Source: an uncultured Spirochaetota bacterium
Lineage (GTDB): Bacteria; Spirochaetota; Brevinematia; Brevinematales; JAOACQ01
Assembly: GCA_963783575.1 (NCBI GenBank)
Contig: CAWAOD010000009.1
Coordinates: forward strand, 480,001 to 544,000
Direction: 5' to 3'
DNA: 64,000 bases
Positions 20,664 to 31,178 of this stretch are shown here, piece by piece. Under the pieces are notes generated by a model. The model ran no database searches. It was not told the origin of the DNA and saw only the letters and a list, made by a program, of their open reading frames with translations. The position numbers were made by a program, and so were the translations under genes. Position 1 is the first letter of the stretch; every line of letters begins with the position of its first letter.

Positions 20664-20729
20664 ATATATAAGGAAATGTATTGTTATCAATTAGACTATT
20701 ATATAAGAATTAGTTAGGATTTAAATAAA

Positions 20730-21704
20730 TTAGGGGATTTCGACGGTATTTAAAATATCCTCAATAACCTTTTCGGTTGTTATTCCTTCGGCTTCTGCCT
20801 CAAAACTCAGAATTATCCTGTGCCGTAAAATTTCATAAGCGACAAGTTTTATATCCTCGGGAATCACATAGCCGCGTCCGTCGAAAAAGGCCTCACAGCG
20901 TGCTGCTTTTATAAAATTAATAGAAGCCCTGGGTGAAGCGCCGTATTTAACATAGCCTTTCTCGAAATTCCGTGTTGCAAAAACAATATTTACTACATAA
21001 TCATATATTTTCTCGTCAACATAAATCCTTTCTACAAATTTTTGGAGATTAATAATTTCATCTTTCGAAGCGACTGTTTTCGGTTCAGGGGAAAACATCC
21101 CGCTCATCCGGTGGATTATACGTTTTTCCTCTTTCTGATTCGGGTAATCTACGAAAACCTTCATGTAAAAACGGTCTGTCTGAGCCTCGGGCAGAGGGTA
21201 AGTCCCCTCCTGTTCGATTGGATTCTGGGTTGCCATAACAAAAAAAGGATCGGGAAGCTGATATGTAGTTTCACCGATAGTTGCCGTTTTTTCCTGCATA
21301 GATTCAAGAAGCGCTGATTGTACTTTGGATGGAGCCCTGTTTATTTCATCGGCAAGGATAAAATTTGTAAATACCGGTCCCTTTTTAATCTCAAAACTTC
21401 CGTTATGCTGGTTATAAATCAAAGTTCCCCTGATATCCGCAGGAAGCATATCCGGAGTAAACTGGATCCTTTTAAAGTCAACTTCCAAAATTCTGGCAAG
21501 AGTTCTGATTGAGAGTGTTTTTGCAAGACCCGGTACCCCTTCAAGTAAAATATGCCCGCCTGATATAATAGCCGATATCATTTTATTCAAGAGGTTGTCC
21601 TGCCCGACAATTACCTTCTGAAACTCCGCTTTAATTCTTTCGATTATTTTAACCTGTTCGGCCGCTTCTTCGGTCAATTTTTTAATCTCATCATCCATTC
21701 TCAA
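20730..21704 (-). CDS. MoxR family AAA+ ATPase
   Basis: LEGVPGLAKT, RIQFTPDMLPAD, ADEINRAP, ATQNPIEQEGTYPLPEAQ, GASPRAS. Confidence 0.93.
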   Translation of the reverse strand: MRMDDEIKKLTEEAAEQVKIIERIKAEFQKVIVGQDNLLNKMISAIISGGHILLEGVPGLAKTLSIRTLARILEVDFKRIQFTPDMLPADIRGTLIYNQHNGSFEIKKGPVFTNFILADEINRAPSKVQSALLESMQEKTATIGETTYQLPDPFFVMATQNPIEQEGTYPLPEAQTDRFYMKVFVDYPNQKEEKRIIHRMSGMFSPEPKTVASKDEIINLQKFVERIYVDEKIYDYVVNIVFATRNFEKGYVKYGASPRASINFIKAARCEAFFDGRGYVIPEDIKLVAYEILRHRIILSFEAEAEGITTEKVIEDILNTVEIP

Positions 21705-21854
21705 GCTCCTGTAAAATTATAATGATTATTATTTTATACTCTGTTGTTTTTTTTTGCAAAAATGCAGTGACCTGAAAAATTATTGTCTGGCATAGGATTC
21801 GGCACCCCGTCTTAAGTTGGGGGTTGCGTTGGATTGAACTTTTAACCGCCGAAA

Positions 21855-23426
21855 TCAGAACCTGAATACTAATTCCATTTCACCGAAGGGTCCGCTGAAA
21901 TTAACCGGCAGGGTGCTCTGGGTATTCCCATCAACAGTAAGATTGACGACACTTGTTGTTCCAACGCTTACCGAGGTTGTATTTTTTGAGTCACTGGAAT
22001 CGGTATATGTTATACTGAAGTTCGGAAGTAGATAAAGGGCGTATCCCCCTGTAATCCTTAGCTTCATGCGCTGATTGAATTGATAGCTGAATGAGAGCCT
22101 GGGTTTTATCCCTACAGTAACGCCGCTTAAATCTACGCTAATATTATTACTGAATGATGTATTGTTAATTGTTATTTGTGACGAATTATTGATTACACCG
22201 AGAGACTCGCTTAAACCTATGATAGATAAATCAGCTCCAATAACAAAACTCATGTTCCATAAGTAAAATTCATATCCGCCCCCAAGCTGTCCATAAAAAG
22301 CAAACGGGTTGTTAAATAAAATACCGCCGCTTAAATCCACAAGCCCCGCGTAGCCCAATTCATATTCACCCTCAATGCCGAATGTCGGTACATAAGAGGA
22401 CGGCGACATAGTTCCGGAATTGGTAAAGACAGTTTTGGAATCTGAAGTTGAGGATATTATGGTGAAATTTTTACCAGTTACTGCCATTGGAAGAGCCCCG
22501 GCAAAGACATTAAAGCGGCCACCAAGCATCGGGAGTTCAAGCAGCTGGTCGCCGACTTCCGGCTTTCCGAATATAGTAGATGCGACTGACCATTGTTCCC
22601 CGATTTCTTTAACCCGGAGAATACCTGTATTAACTTTCTCAGTGAATTTATTTAATATTTTTGTTTCTTTCTGAATGGCAAACTCATAACCCGGGCGGAC
22701 TCCAAGGTCCTTACCAAGCTCAATATATACTCCCTTCGGATTGATTTCAAGAACCTGTGTCTTGATTTTAAACTCTTCTACATTACGTAAAAAGAAGCCT
22801 AATCCTGAAATCGCGTCATCAACCCCCTTCTGATAAGCATCAATTGAGCTTGTCCGTGATGTTTGCGCGCTTGAAGCGTTATAAGTATCAAGCAGATTAC
22901 CTTCCGCAGTAATTATCTTGACCGAAATATTGACATTAACCTTATATTCCTTAACAAGACGGATCACAATCTTACCGTCAGAGCGAGTTTCCTTAACTTC
23001 AACCTGATATTCTTCAACACTATATCCGTTTATTGAAGGCATAAAAATAAAAAACGCATTAACAAGTTTCTGCATCTCTGCCGCTGGAATAACCGTGATG
23101 CCAAGATCGGCGTCTATATATTGGGGATTTGTAACAATCGCTTCTTTTTTTAATTCCTGGATTTTTTTAATGAATTCATCGGCAGAACGGTTATCAAGAT
23201 GATATTGATAACCGATTACCTGAAACCGTTTCATCCCGCTTAAAAGCCCGATCAATTTGTCATCGAAATACTGATGGGCTGAATCAGGAATTTCATAAGC
23301 CGAATAAACGGGAAATACCGCTATTTCATTTTTTTTTGAAACTTCAGCTACGGCAAATAGCTTCTCAGCCCTTACTCCGGAAATAATAAATAATCCGATG
23401 ATAAAAACTATATATAAATTTCTCAC
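21855..23426 (-). CDS. Hypothetical exported protein, probably with a C-terminal outer-membrane beta-barrel
   Basis: Signal peptide from GTG 23426 (RBS GGGGA); alternating beta-strand pattern; terminal Phe (ELVFRF). Confidence 0.6.
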   Translation of the reverse strand: MRNLYIVFIIGLFIISGVRAEKLFAVAEVSKKNEIAVFPVYSAYEIPDSAHQYFDDKLIGLLSGMKRFQVIGYQYHLDNRSADEFIKKIQELKKEAIVTNPQYIDADLGITVIPAAEMQKLVNAFFIFMPSINGYSVEEYQVEVKETRSDGKIVIRLVKEYKVNVNISVKIITAEGNLLDTYNASSAQTSRTSSIDAYQKGVDDAISGLGFFLRNVEEFKIKTQVLEINPKGVYIELGKDLGVRPGYEFAIQKETKILNKFTEKVNTGILRVKEIGEQWSVASTIFGKPEVGDQLLELPMLGGRFNVFAGALPMAVTGKNFTIISSTSDSKTVFTNSGTMSPSSYVPTFGIEGEYELGYAGLVDLSGGILFNNPFAFYGQLGGGYEFYLWNMSFVIGADLSIIGLSESLGVINNSSQITINNTSFSNNISVDLSGVTVGIKPRLSFSYQFNQRMKLRITGGYALYLLPNFSITYTDSSDSKNTTSVSVGTTSVVNLTVDGNTQSTLPVNFSGPFGEMELVFRF

Positions 23427-23628
23427 AATATCCCCCTGAAAAAAATAATTTCTCAAAGTAACTTTAAACCATAACCGTTTCTTGAGTATAACATGATTTA
23501 TATTGAATTTCAAGATTATAAAAACAGGATTTAATCTTATTCCGGCCAACTCAAAGAAATTTTTTCCTTTTCAAAGCATGACCTATGAATATATTTTATT
23601 TTAACCATTAAGAAAAAACAAAAATCGT

Positions 23629-23654
23629 TTAGTTTTTTTTTGCTGATCCGATAT
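23629..23654 (+). promoter_or_regulatory. Putative sigma28 (FliA) promoter
   Basis: TTAG-N15-CCGATAT directly upstream of flgN-flgK. Confidence 0.55.
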
Positions 23655-23699
23655 ACATAAAAGAACAAGGATGTTTATTCTATACCAAGGAGGGTAATT

Positions 23700-24215
23700 A
23701 TGGAAGAAAGCATTATGAATCACATGAAAACATTTAAGGATTTGCTTTCTCATGAGGCTGATGCCTTATCATACCTGGAGAAGCTTGAGAATCAAAAGTT
23801 TGACGCGCTTAAACAGGTTGATATCAAAAAGTTGATGCGCATCAATTCCGATGAGGAGGAAATGCTGCACAAGCTTGAAGTTATTGAAAAGAAGAGGAAA
23901 AATCTTATTCTTCTCCTTTCAGAAGCTTTCAGTTTTGATCCCTGTGTTTCACTTTCCGAGCTTTTTACCTACCTTCCCGATGAAGAATATAAATCATATA
24001 AAAATGAGTTATCTGAACTGAGAAATACTATAAAGGGATTTACCGAAAAATTGCAAGTCACGATGCATGAAAATTCGGAAATGATAAGAACAAATCTCGA
24101 TATCATAAACCTGACGCTTAATTTTGCAAATCGGAATTCCCAGAAAGAGACATACGGATACCGGGATAAAAAAGAAAGCCGTGAAAATATTTACCTGGTT
24201 AATCAAATAGCGTAA
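23700..24215 (+). CDS. flgN: Flagellar export chaperone FlgN
   Basis: Helical pattern (LEVIEKKR, HENSEMI); position before flgK. Confidence 0.75.
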   Translation: MEESIMNHMKTFKDLLSHEADALSYLEKLENQKFDALKQVDIKKLMRINSDEEEMLHKLEVIEKKRKNLILLLSEAFSFDPCVSLSELFTYLPDEEYKSYKNELSELRNTIKGFTEKLQVTMHENSEMIRTNLDIINLTLNFANRNSQKETYGYRDKKESRENIYLVNQIA

Positions 24216-24307
24216 TAATCGCTGGCTTTTAGCAGTTTTATAAGATAAATAATTGTGGGTCAAGCCTCGGGCTTTACCGTGCCGATGGCACGTTTTAGGA
24301 GAAAAGA

Positions 24308-26209
24308 ATGCTTTCAACATTTCATGGGATTGAAGTCGGGAAAAAAGGACTGATGGCAAACAATATGGGCCTTGATACTACGGGCCATAACCTGTCAAAT
24401 ATAGATACCGAAGGTTATTCCCGCCAGAAAGTAAATCTTACAGCGACAAGCCCACTTTACGAACCGGGCGCAAACCGCGTTGAAATGGCAGGCCAGATCG
24501 GTACAGGTGTTGCCGTTGAGGATATTCAACGGGTCCGGGACCAGGCGATAGACGACCGTATCAATTTCGAGAAAGGCGGGCTTGGATTCTGGGGGATGAA
24601 ACAGCAGTTTCTGCACCAGATTGAAATGATTCAGAATGAGCCTGGAAAGCCGAATATCCGCACTGTAATGGATGAATACTGGGAAAGCTGGCAGAAGGTC
24701 GCCTCAGATCCGACGGAAAGGGCTTCCCGTGAAGAACTTGTTCAGCGAACTCAGGCAATGACTGAAACTTTTAACCACAGCTTCAATTCTTTGTATGACT
24801 TAAGAAAAAACGCGGATAATCTTGTGGATCAGAGGATCAATGAAATAAACAACATGGCATCGGAAATTGCGAATCTCAACCTGCAGATAGTTAAGTCTGA
24901 AGCTATGGGCGACAAGCCGAACGATCTTTACGACAGAAGGGATTTGCTGGTCGATAAACTCGCGAAGAATGTAGATATACGTGTTGAAAGGAACAATAAG
25001 CATGAACTGATTGTTTACATTGGTATGGAAAATCTTGTCCAGGGGGACCTTGTCAATAAAATCAATGGCGTCGGAAATACGGGGAATGACGGTTTTCTCG
25101 ATGTGAAATGGAGGGACGGAAGGTCTGTGGCTCTTGGGAATGGCGAATTGGCGGGGCTTGTTTCCGCAAGGGACGACGATATCAAAATAGCTATACAAAA
25201 TATAGATTCCTTATCAGCCAATATTGTGGATTCCACAAATGAAATTCATAAGGATGGATTTGGGTTGAATATGACAACCGATAATAAATTTTTTAAAGAA
25301 ATGTCGGTAACGCCTTATGCTAATGGTGACTATGATTTTAATAATAACGGCATTCCTAACGGGACGGCAATTTTCAAGGTAAGCGGAACCGAAAAAATTG
25401 ATGAAAATACAGTGATCGGAAACGGCGGATTTCTTAATTTCGGTCCGGCAGTACCCGGGGGAAATGATATAACTATCCAGTATAACTCAATTGATAAAGT
25501 AAAAGATGTGATCGATAAAATAAATCAATCCGATGCCGGAGTCTCTGCTTATTTAAATCAAAGAGGCCAGTTGTCATTCAAAGCAAAATACCCTTCCGAC
25601 GACAGGTTTCATCCGTTTGTCATCCGGCATATTGAAGATAGCGGAAATTTCCTTGTCGGAATAGCCGGTCTGCTCCATCAATCCGGGGCACAGGGCGCTT
25701 TTGATTACAGAACAGCGGGTAATCTTGTAAAATTCAATGTACCCGGTTTTAATGTGACATTTACTCCCGAAAATCATCCATCGGTATGGATGGCGCTGGA
25801 CGATAAAATAAAGTCCAACCCCGATTCTATTGCAGCCGCGGGTGCCATTGATACAGCAGGGGATGGAAAACCTGACCGAGTCAACGGCCTTGGTGACAAC
25901 AGAAACGCGCTGGCTATAGCCGAATTAAGAAATAAAAAAATCATGGTGGAAAGTTCTTCCACATTCGGTGAATTTACAAAGGCCATGGTAGGCGATTTCG
26001 GGACGCGTTCGGAATCGGCCAAGGTAAATATGGATAAAAATCAGGCTGTGGTCGACAGTCTTGTGAATTTAAGAAAAGAGATCAGCGGAGTTAACGTTGA
26101 TGAAGAAATGACAAAAATGATCATGTTCCAGCATGGTTATAACGCATCTGCGAGGCTGGTTTCGACAATTGATAGAATGATTGAAACAGTAATAAGGATG
26201 GGAGCGTAA
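24308..26209 (+). CDS. flgK: Flagellar hook-associated protein 1
   Basis: TTGHNLSNIDTEGYSRQ, GTGV, PNDLYDRRD, ISGVNVDEEM...Y.ASAR. Confidence 0.96.
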   Translation: MLSTFHGIEVGKKGLMANNMGLDTTGHNLSNIDTEGYSRQKVNLTATSPLYEPGANRVEMAGQIGTGVAVEDIQRVRDQAIDDRINFEKGGLGFWGMKQQFLHQIEMIQNEPGKPNIRTVMDEYWESWQKVASDPTERASREELVQRTQAMTETFNHSFNSLYDLRKNADNLVDQRINEINNMASEIANLNLQIVKSEAMGDKPNDLYDRRDLLVDKLAKNVDIRVERNNKHELIVYIGMENLVQGDLVNKINGVGNTGNDGFLDVKWRDGRSVALGNGELAGLVSARDDDIKIAIQNIDSLSANIVDSTNEIHKDGFGLNMTTDNKFFKEMSVTPYANGDYDFNNNGIPNGTAIFKVSGTEKIDENTVIGNGGFLNFGPAVPGGNDITIQYNSIDKVKDVIDKINQSDAGVSAYLNQRGQLSFKAKYPSDDRFHPFVIRHIEDSGNFLVGIAGLLHQSGAQGAFDYRTAGNLVKFNVPGFNVTFTPENHPSVWMALDDKIKSNPDSIAAAGAIDTAGDGKPDRVNGLGDNRNALAIAELRNKKIMVESSSTFGEFTKAMVGDFGTRSESAKVNMDKNQAVVDSLVNLRKEISGVNVDEEMTKMIMFQHGYNASARLVSTIDRMIETVIRMGA

Positions 26210-26211
26210 GA

Positions 26212-26246
26212 TAGTCTCTAGTTGTTAGGCTCTAGTCGCTAGGTGA
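26212..26246 (+). repeat. Degenerate 7-bp tandem repeats (TAGNNNN x5), upstream flank of the four-helix-bundle gene
   Basis: TAGTCTC TAGTTGT TAGGCTC TAGTCGC TAGGTGA starting 3 bp after the flgK stop. Confidence 0.7.
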
Positions 26247-26421
26247 GGATTGACAAGGAGCTAGAGAAAATAATGAGAAGTTATAAGACTTATTGGTTTG
26301 GAAAAAATCGATAGAACTGGTAAAATTGATTTATGAAATTACAAAAAAATTTCCGGACAATGAGAAATTCGGTTTATTCAATCAAATGAGAAGGGCAGCT
26401 GTTTCGATGCCCTTGAATATA

Positions 26422-28112
26422 CAGACTGTGTGAAAACACAGTAAATATGCTATAATTATTAGAACAAAAATAATCGGAGTAAAAGATGAAGCATATTGAG
26501 GGAGAATCAAGGGATCAGATAGTTCTGTTCAATGAAACACTGGAAGATCTGTTAGGAGAAGAAGATCCGGTAAGGTTTATAGATATTTTTGTTGATAAGC
26601 TAAATATGAAAGGAGTTGGTTTTAAAGTAAAAGAAGCATCAACCGGCAGAAGTTCATATAAATCCGAAATACTTTTAAAAATCTATATTTACGGATATTT
26701 GAATAAAATCAGGACAAGCAGGAAATTAGAGAGAGAGTGCCGAAGAAACACAGAGTTGATGTGGCTGACTGGACGACTAGCGCCGGATTTCAAGACGATT
26801 GCCGACTTCAGGAAAGATAATAAGAAGGGAATACAGTCGATATTCAGAGAATTTTTGAAGATATGTCATAAAGCCGGGCTTTTATCATTTGACGTTGTTG
26901 GAATTGATGGAACCAAGATCAGTGCGCAAAACCACAATAACAATGTTTATCATAGGAAAAACATAGAAGAAATCATACATAGAATAGATCAAAAGATCGA
27001 AGAATATTTGAATGAGATGGATAAGAACGATAAGGAAGAAAAGAATGAATTTGAATTTCTTTCCGGAAAGATAGCGGAACGTTTTAAAAAATTGAAAACA
27101 AAAAAGGATAAAGTTGAGGCTATTAAAAAGATTTTTGAGGGAAATCCTGAAATGGAGAAATATTATTCAAATGACCCGGAAAGCCGGTTTATGAATGATA
27201 AAGGGAAATCCGACATTGCATATAATCTGCAGATGGCAGTAGATGATGCGAATAAACTGATTGTGGTGATTGATGTGACGAATGAAAACAATGATATCAA
27301 ACAGATGGCAGGAATGTGTGACCGAGTAGAAGAAATAAAGGACGAGCTTAAGGTAGAGACTGAAACGGTCAAAGTATCGGATGCCGGTTATTACAGCGAA
27401 CCGCAGATACTGGAATGTATAGATAAGGGACATAACGTATATATGCCGAATCCGGATGACGGACATAAGGCAAGGATTCGAGGCAAAGAAGATAATAAAG
27501 GAGTACCTGCTGAAGAATACCAGGTTGATAAATTCAAATATGATCCGGGACAAAATGTTTATTATTGTCCGGAGGGAAACCAATTAGTGAGAAATGGGAA
27601 AAAAGTAGAGAAGGTCAATGGAGGAAAAGAGATAGTCAGGTACAAGTGCGGCTTATGCAGCCAATGTGAAGTAAGAAATAAGTGTACTGAAAGCGTGGAA
27701 GGACGAAGTATCAAAGTACCAGTTAGAAAAGAAGAAATTGAGAACTTCAAGAGGAAAATTCGTTCTGAAGCCGGGAAAAAGATCATAGAGAAAAGGAAAG
27801 AGATATGTGAACATCCATTTGGATCGATAAAAAGGAATATGGGTTACAGTTATTTTTTAATGAAGGGAAAGGATGGCGTTCTGACGGAATCCAGTTTGGC
27901 AGGATTCATTCATAATTTAATAAAAGTATTGAATATATTGGGAATAAAGAGACTTATGACTCTGGTTTGATGCTAATAAACCATCGTTTATCGTTTTCGG
28001 ATAGATTTTTTAAACTAAGATTTTTTTAGCTTGAAAAATATATCAAAAAATGGAGTTTTTGTATAATTAATCGATTTTACTATAAAATTTTACTGAGTTT
28101 TCACACAGCCTG
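26422..28112 (+). mobile_element. IS1182-family insertion sequence (1691 bp)
   Basis: Terminal IRs CAGACTGTGTGAAAAC / GTTTTCACACAGCCTG; 3-bp target duplication ATA (26419-26421, 28113-28115). Confidence 0.92.
26486..27970 (+). CDS. IS1182-family transposase
   Basis: LLKIYIYGY..SRKLE, PDFKTIADFRK, IDGTKI, SDAGYYS, EHPFGSIK. Confidence 0.93.
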   Translation: MKHIEGESRDQIVLFNETLEDLLGEEDPVRFIDIFVDKLNMKGVGFKVKEASTGRSSYKSEILLKIYIYGYLNKIRTSRKLERECRRNTELMWLTGRLAPDFKTIADFRKDNKKGIQSIFREFLKICHKAGLLSFDVVGIDGTKISAQNHNNNVYHRKNIEEIIHRIDQKIEEYLNEMDKNDKEEKNEFEFLSGKIAERFKKLKTKKDKVEAIKKIFEGNPEMEKYYSNDPESRFMNDKGKSDIAYNLQMAVDDANKLIVVIDVTNENNDIKQMAGMCDRVEEIKDELKVETETVKVSDAGYYSEPQILECIDKGHNVYMPNPDDGHKARIRGKEDNKGVPAEEYQVDKFKYDPGQNVYYCPEGNQLVRNGKKVEKVNGGKEIVRYKCGLCSQCEVRNKCTESVEGRSIKVPVRKEEIENFKRKIRSEAGKKIIEKRKEICEHPFGSIKRNMGYSYFLMKGKDGVLTESSLAGFIHNLIKVLNILGIKRLMTLV

Positions 28113-28315
28113 ATAGCTGAAGGGAAATCAAGAAATACAAATAAGGAATTCTTACAGTTTCTTTATATTACAAGAGGATCATCAGCGGAAGTTGAAACAA
28201 GTTATTTTTATCTAAAGAAATTGGATTCATAGAAGAAAAAGATTATCTTATAATTTCATCACAATGTGAGGAAGTTGGAAAGTTATTGAGTGGTTTAATT
28301 AATTCAATATCAAAT

Positions 28316-28356
28316 AAGTCGCTAGTTGCTAGTCACTAATCTTTAGCTAGCGACTA
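28316..28356 (+). repeat. Degenerate 7-bp repeats, downstream flank, ending in an inverted unit
   Basis: AAGTCGC TAGTTGC TAGTCAC TAATCTT then CTAGCGACTA (28347-28356), the reverse complement of TAGTCGCTAG at 26233-26242. Confidence 0.7.
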
Positions 28357-28368
28357 TACGGAGGTTTT

Positions 28369-29619
28369 ATGATAGGTAGAATAACACAGGGATACATGGT
28401 TAATGATTTTAATTCCAATTTAAATGCAAGGGAATCCGACTTGCAGAATGTCCAGAAACAGCTTTCAAGCGGATACAGGGTCAATCTTCCAAGTGAAGAT
28501 CCTGTTGCGGCCATCAATTATATGGATTATGACAGCAGGCTGAAAGAAATAGGTACATATAAAAACATTGTAAATACAATGAAAAGTAAAATCGATCTGA
28601 CTGATTCCGCTCTGGACAATGCGACATCAATCATACAAAGACTTCGTGAACTGGCGGTCCAGGGAGCAAACGGGACTTACACAAAAGAAGACAGGACAAA
28701 TATGGCGACTGAAGTTGATCAGCTTCTGAGAGAATTGCTACAGATCGCCAACTCAAATTACAAGGGGAACGCTCTTTTCGGTGGGACAATGACCGATGAG
28801 ACCCCGTTTAAAGCCAATATTCAAATGAACAGGGAAACGGGCCAGGAGTTTCTGGAGGATGTTCGTTATATTGGCAATAATCAGACCCAGATTTCAGAAG
28901 TAGACAGAGGAGAAAAGGTTGAAGTTACTCAGCCGGGAAACCAGGTGTTCTGGGCAGATAATATGACAATAAATTCAACTTTATCCGTTTCCGGATATAC
29001 CGCACCTTCGGACTCAAAAATATTAGTGGATGGAGTCGAGGTTGCAATTAATGCAGGGGATAATCTGGATGTAATAGCCAATAAAATAAATCATTCGGGC
29101 GCAGCAGTGAGCGCTACAATTATGACTGAAAACGGAGCGAGCTATTTCACCCTCGAATCAACATCGCCGCATCAAATTTCGCTTATGGACTATGAAGGAA
29201 GTTCAGTTCTGCAGGATTTAGGCATGGTTGATCATGGAATGTATCCTCCCTATAATTATTCTCCTGCTGCCAGAGTATACACGGGCAGCATTTTCGATGT
29301 GATGATCGGATTCAGAAAATCACTTCAGAAAGATGATACCTTCCAGATTGGAGGAACGGCCCTTGCCGGGATAGATAACTCGCTGTCAAACATTCTTAAA
29401 TTCAGGGCGCATATTGGCTCTGTTTCTCAAAGGCTTGACACGATTACTGAAAGATTTATGAGCGATGAAACTTACCTTACAGATGCAAAGCAGAATTCCA
29501 TAGGGACCGATATAGCAAAGGCTATGATGGAGTTGAAAATGTTTGAATTTTCCCATGATATTGCACTTAATATAGGCGCAAGGATTTTGCCCAAGACTTT
29601 GCTTGATTTTCTTCGTTGA
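28369..29619 (+). CDS. flgL: Flagellar hook-associated protein 3
   Basis: QLSSGYRVNLPSEDP, RLRELAVQGANGTY, ANS.Y.G..LFGG, LPKTLLDFLR. Confidence 0.95.
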   Translation: MIGRITQGYMVNDFNSNLNARESDLQNVQKQLSSGYRVNLPSEDPVAAINYMDYDSRLKEIGTYKNIVNTMKSKIDLTDSALDNATSIIQRLRELAVQGANGTYTKEDRTNMATEVDQLLRELLQIANSNYKGNALFGGTMTDETPFKANIQMNRETGQEFLEDVRYIGNNQTQISEVDRGEKVEVTQPGNQVFWADNMTINSTLSVSGYTAPSDSKILVDGVEVAINAGDNLDVIANKINHSGAAVSATIMTENGASYFTLESTSPHQISLMDYEGSSVLQDLGMVDHGMYPPYNYSPAARVYTGSIFDVMIGFRKSLQKDDTFQIGGTALAGIDNSLSNILKFRAHIGSVSQRLDTITERFMSDETYLTDAKQNSIGTDIAKAMMELKMFEFSHDIALNIGARILPKTLLDFLR

Positions 29620-29726
29620 TAGATTTATATAAGAATAAATAATTATTAAATTTTTGTCTGTTAATAAAATAAATAAGTGAAAACCTTGAAAAATTTCTGT
29701 AAAGATACTAAATTATTAGGGTAAAA

Positions 29727-30206
29727 ATGGAGGCACCTGTGGAAACGATTAAGACCAAAGCTTACGGAGAGATTACTGTTGCAGAGGACAGTGCGATCTA
29801 TTTTAAAAGGGAGATTCTCGGTTTTGAGAACAACCGTTACTATTATTTAATCGAGATGGGAGATCTACCGAATTTTTATTGGCTGCAGTCGAAAGAAGAG
29901 CCTGAATTGGCTTTTATTGTCGTAAATCCAAGGCTTTTTATTTCAAATTACATTTTGAACATAGATGATATTGATATTGGCCTTCTGGAATTGGATGAAG
30001 GCGATGAAATGGTTGATTTCGCAATCGTTAATATTCCAGAAGACATCAATAAAATGACGATGAACCTTTTGGGACCTATAGTAATCAATGTTAAGAAGAG
30101 GATTGCTATACAGGGAATATCAACAAATAATGAATACGGGACAAAAGTTCTTATTTTTAGCGCAGAAAATGAAGCGTTTCAAAAAGAACAGGCAAAAGCG
30201 GGATAA
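29727..30206 (+). CDS. fliW: Flagellar assembly factor FliW
   Basis: ILGFE, FYWLQS, AFIVVNP, TMNLLGPIVIN. Confidence 0.93.
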   Translation: MEAPVETIKTKAYGEITVAEDSAIYFKREILGFENNRYYYLIEMGDLPNFYWLQSKEEPELAFIVVNPRLFISNYILNIDDIDIGLLELDEGDEMVDFAIVNIPEDINKMTMNLLGPIVINVKKRIAIQGISTNNEYGTKVLIFSAENEAFQKEQAKAG

Positions 30207-30230
30207 AAATTTAATCGGGGAGAAAAAAAA

Positions 30231-30467
30231 GTGCTGGTTTTATCAAGAAAAGAAGATGAATCCATTATTATAAATGATAATATTGAAATAAAAATAATAG
30301 GTATCAAACAAGATCAGGTAAAAATTGGCATTGTTGCCCCAAAAGATGTTAAAATATTCAGGAAGGAAATTTATGAGGAAATTCAAAAAGCAAATATTGC
30401 CGCCGCCGGAACTACTTTGAAAATTGGCGATCTAAAGGATGCTTTATCCAAAAAGGAAAATAAATAA
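30231..30467 (+). CDS. csrA: Carbon storage regulator
   Basis: MLVLSRK..ESIII..QVKIGIVAPKDVKIFRKEIY. Confidence 0.96.
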   Translation: MLVLSRKEDESIIINDNIEIKIIGIKQDQVKIGIVAPKDVKIFRKEIYEEIQKANIAAAGTTLKIGDLKDALSKKENK

Positions 30468-30476
30468 GGGGGTAAT

Positions 30477-30698
30477 ATGATCAGCAGGGAAAAAATGGAA
30501 ATGCTTAAGTACTATAATAAAGGATTGGATCTTTACAGGAATAGAAAATTTACAGAAGCCAGGGATTTATTCCGGAAATGCCTGGAACTTGTTCCCGATG
30601 ACGGCCCCTCGCAGATATATATTGAAAGATGCGATGTATTTATTTCTTCACCGCCTCCTGAGGATTGGGACGGTGTTTTTGTTATGACAAGTAAATAA
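30477..30698 (+). CDS. Small TPR protein
   Basis: YNKGLDLYRNRKFTEA..F..CLELVPDDGPS..PPPEDWDGV. Confidence 0.75.
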   Translation: MISREKMEMLKYYNKGLDLYRNRKFTEARDLFRKCLELVPDDGPSQIYIERCDVFISSPPPEDWDGVFVMTSK

Positions 30699-30714
30699 TT
30701 TAAGGAGTTCTTTT

Positions 30715-31071
30715 ATGCCTCAAAATATTGATCCTTACAGGGATTATCCCACAACCACAACACTCAGCGGTACGACTTTATTCGATGGAGTTATGAAGTT
30801 TAAAAATTCTTTACGAATAAACGGAGATTATAACGGCAAGGTGGATGCTATAGGTATTCTTGTTTTAGGACCCGCCTCAAAACTTAAGGGTGATATTGTC
30901 TGTGATGAAGTGATAATAGGCGGAGAGGTCCACGGGAATGTATACGCACGTAAAAGACTTGAATTGCTTGAAACTGCTAAACTTTACGGCGATATTAAAA
31001 CAACGAAACTTAAAATTGCCGATGGTGTTGTTTTTGAAGGTAAATGCGAAATGCTTCAGACAAAACAATAA
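30715..31071 (+). CDS. Bactofilin (polymer-forming cytoskeletal protein)
   Basis: LRINGDYNGKV, GEVHGNV, LYGDI, GVVFEGKC. Confidence 0.88.
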   Translation: MPQNIDPYRDYPTTTTLSGTTLFDGVMKFKNSLRINGDYNGKVDAIGILVLGPASKLKGDIVCDEVIIGGEVHGNVYARKRLELLETAKLYGDIKTTKLKIADGVVFEGKCEMLQTKQ

Positions 31072-31178
31072 AACCGTTTAACTTATTGACAGAATGCTAT
31101 TTTGTATTTAAAATGTCTGTTGAATTAAAATATAATTTGAATGATTCTGACTGCTGTTAATTGAAAAGGAGAGTAAAT

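Larger units (their letters stand above)
26273..28339 (+). pseudogene. Four-helix-bundle protein (23S rRNA-IVP/TIGR02436-like), split by IS1182 and carrying two frameshifts
   Basis: Reconstructed MRSYxDLLVWKKSIELVKLIYEITKKFPDNEKFGLFNQMRRAAVSMPLNI|AEGKSRNTNKEFLQFLYITRGSSAEVETxLFLSKEIG...KLLSGLINS; not in the ORF track. Confidence 0.88.

Noticed and set aside
26273..28339. Four-helix bundle as the Avd of a diversity-generating retroelement
   Set aside because: No reverse transcriptase and no TR/VR pair differing at adenines seen in the window
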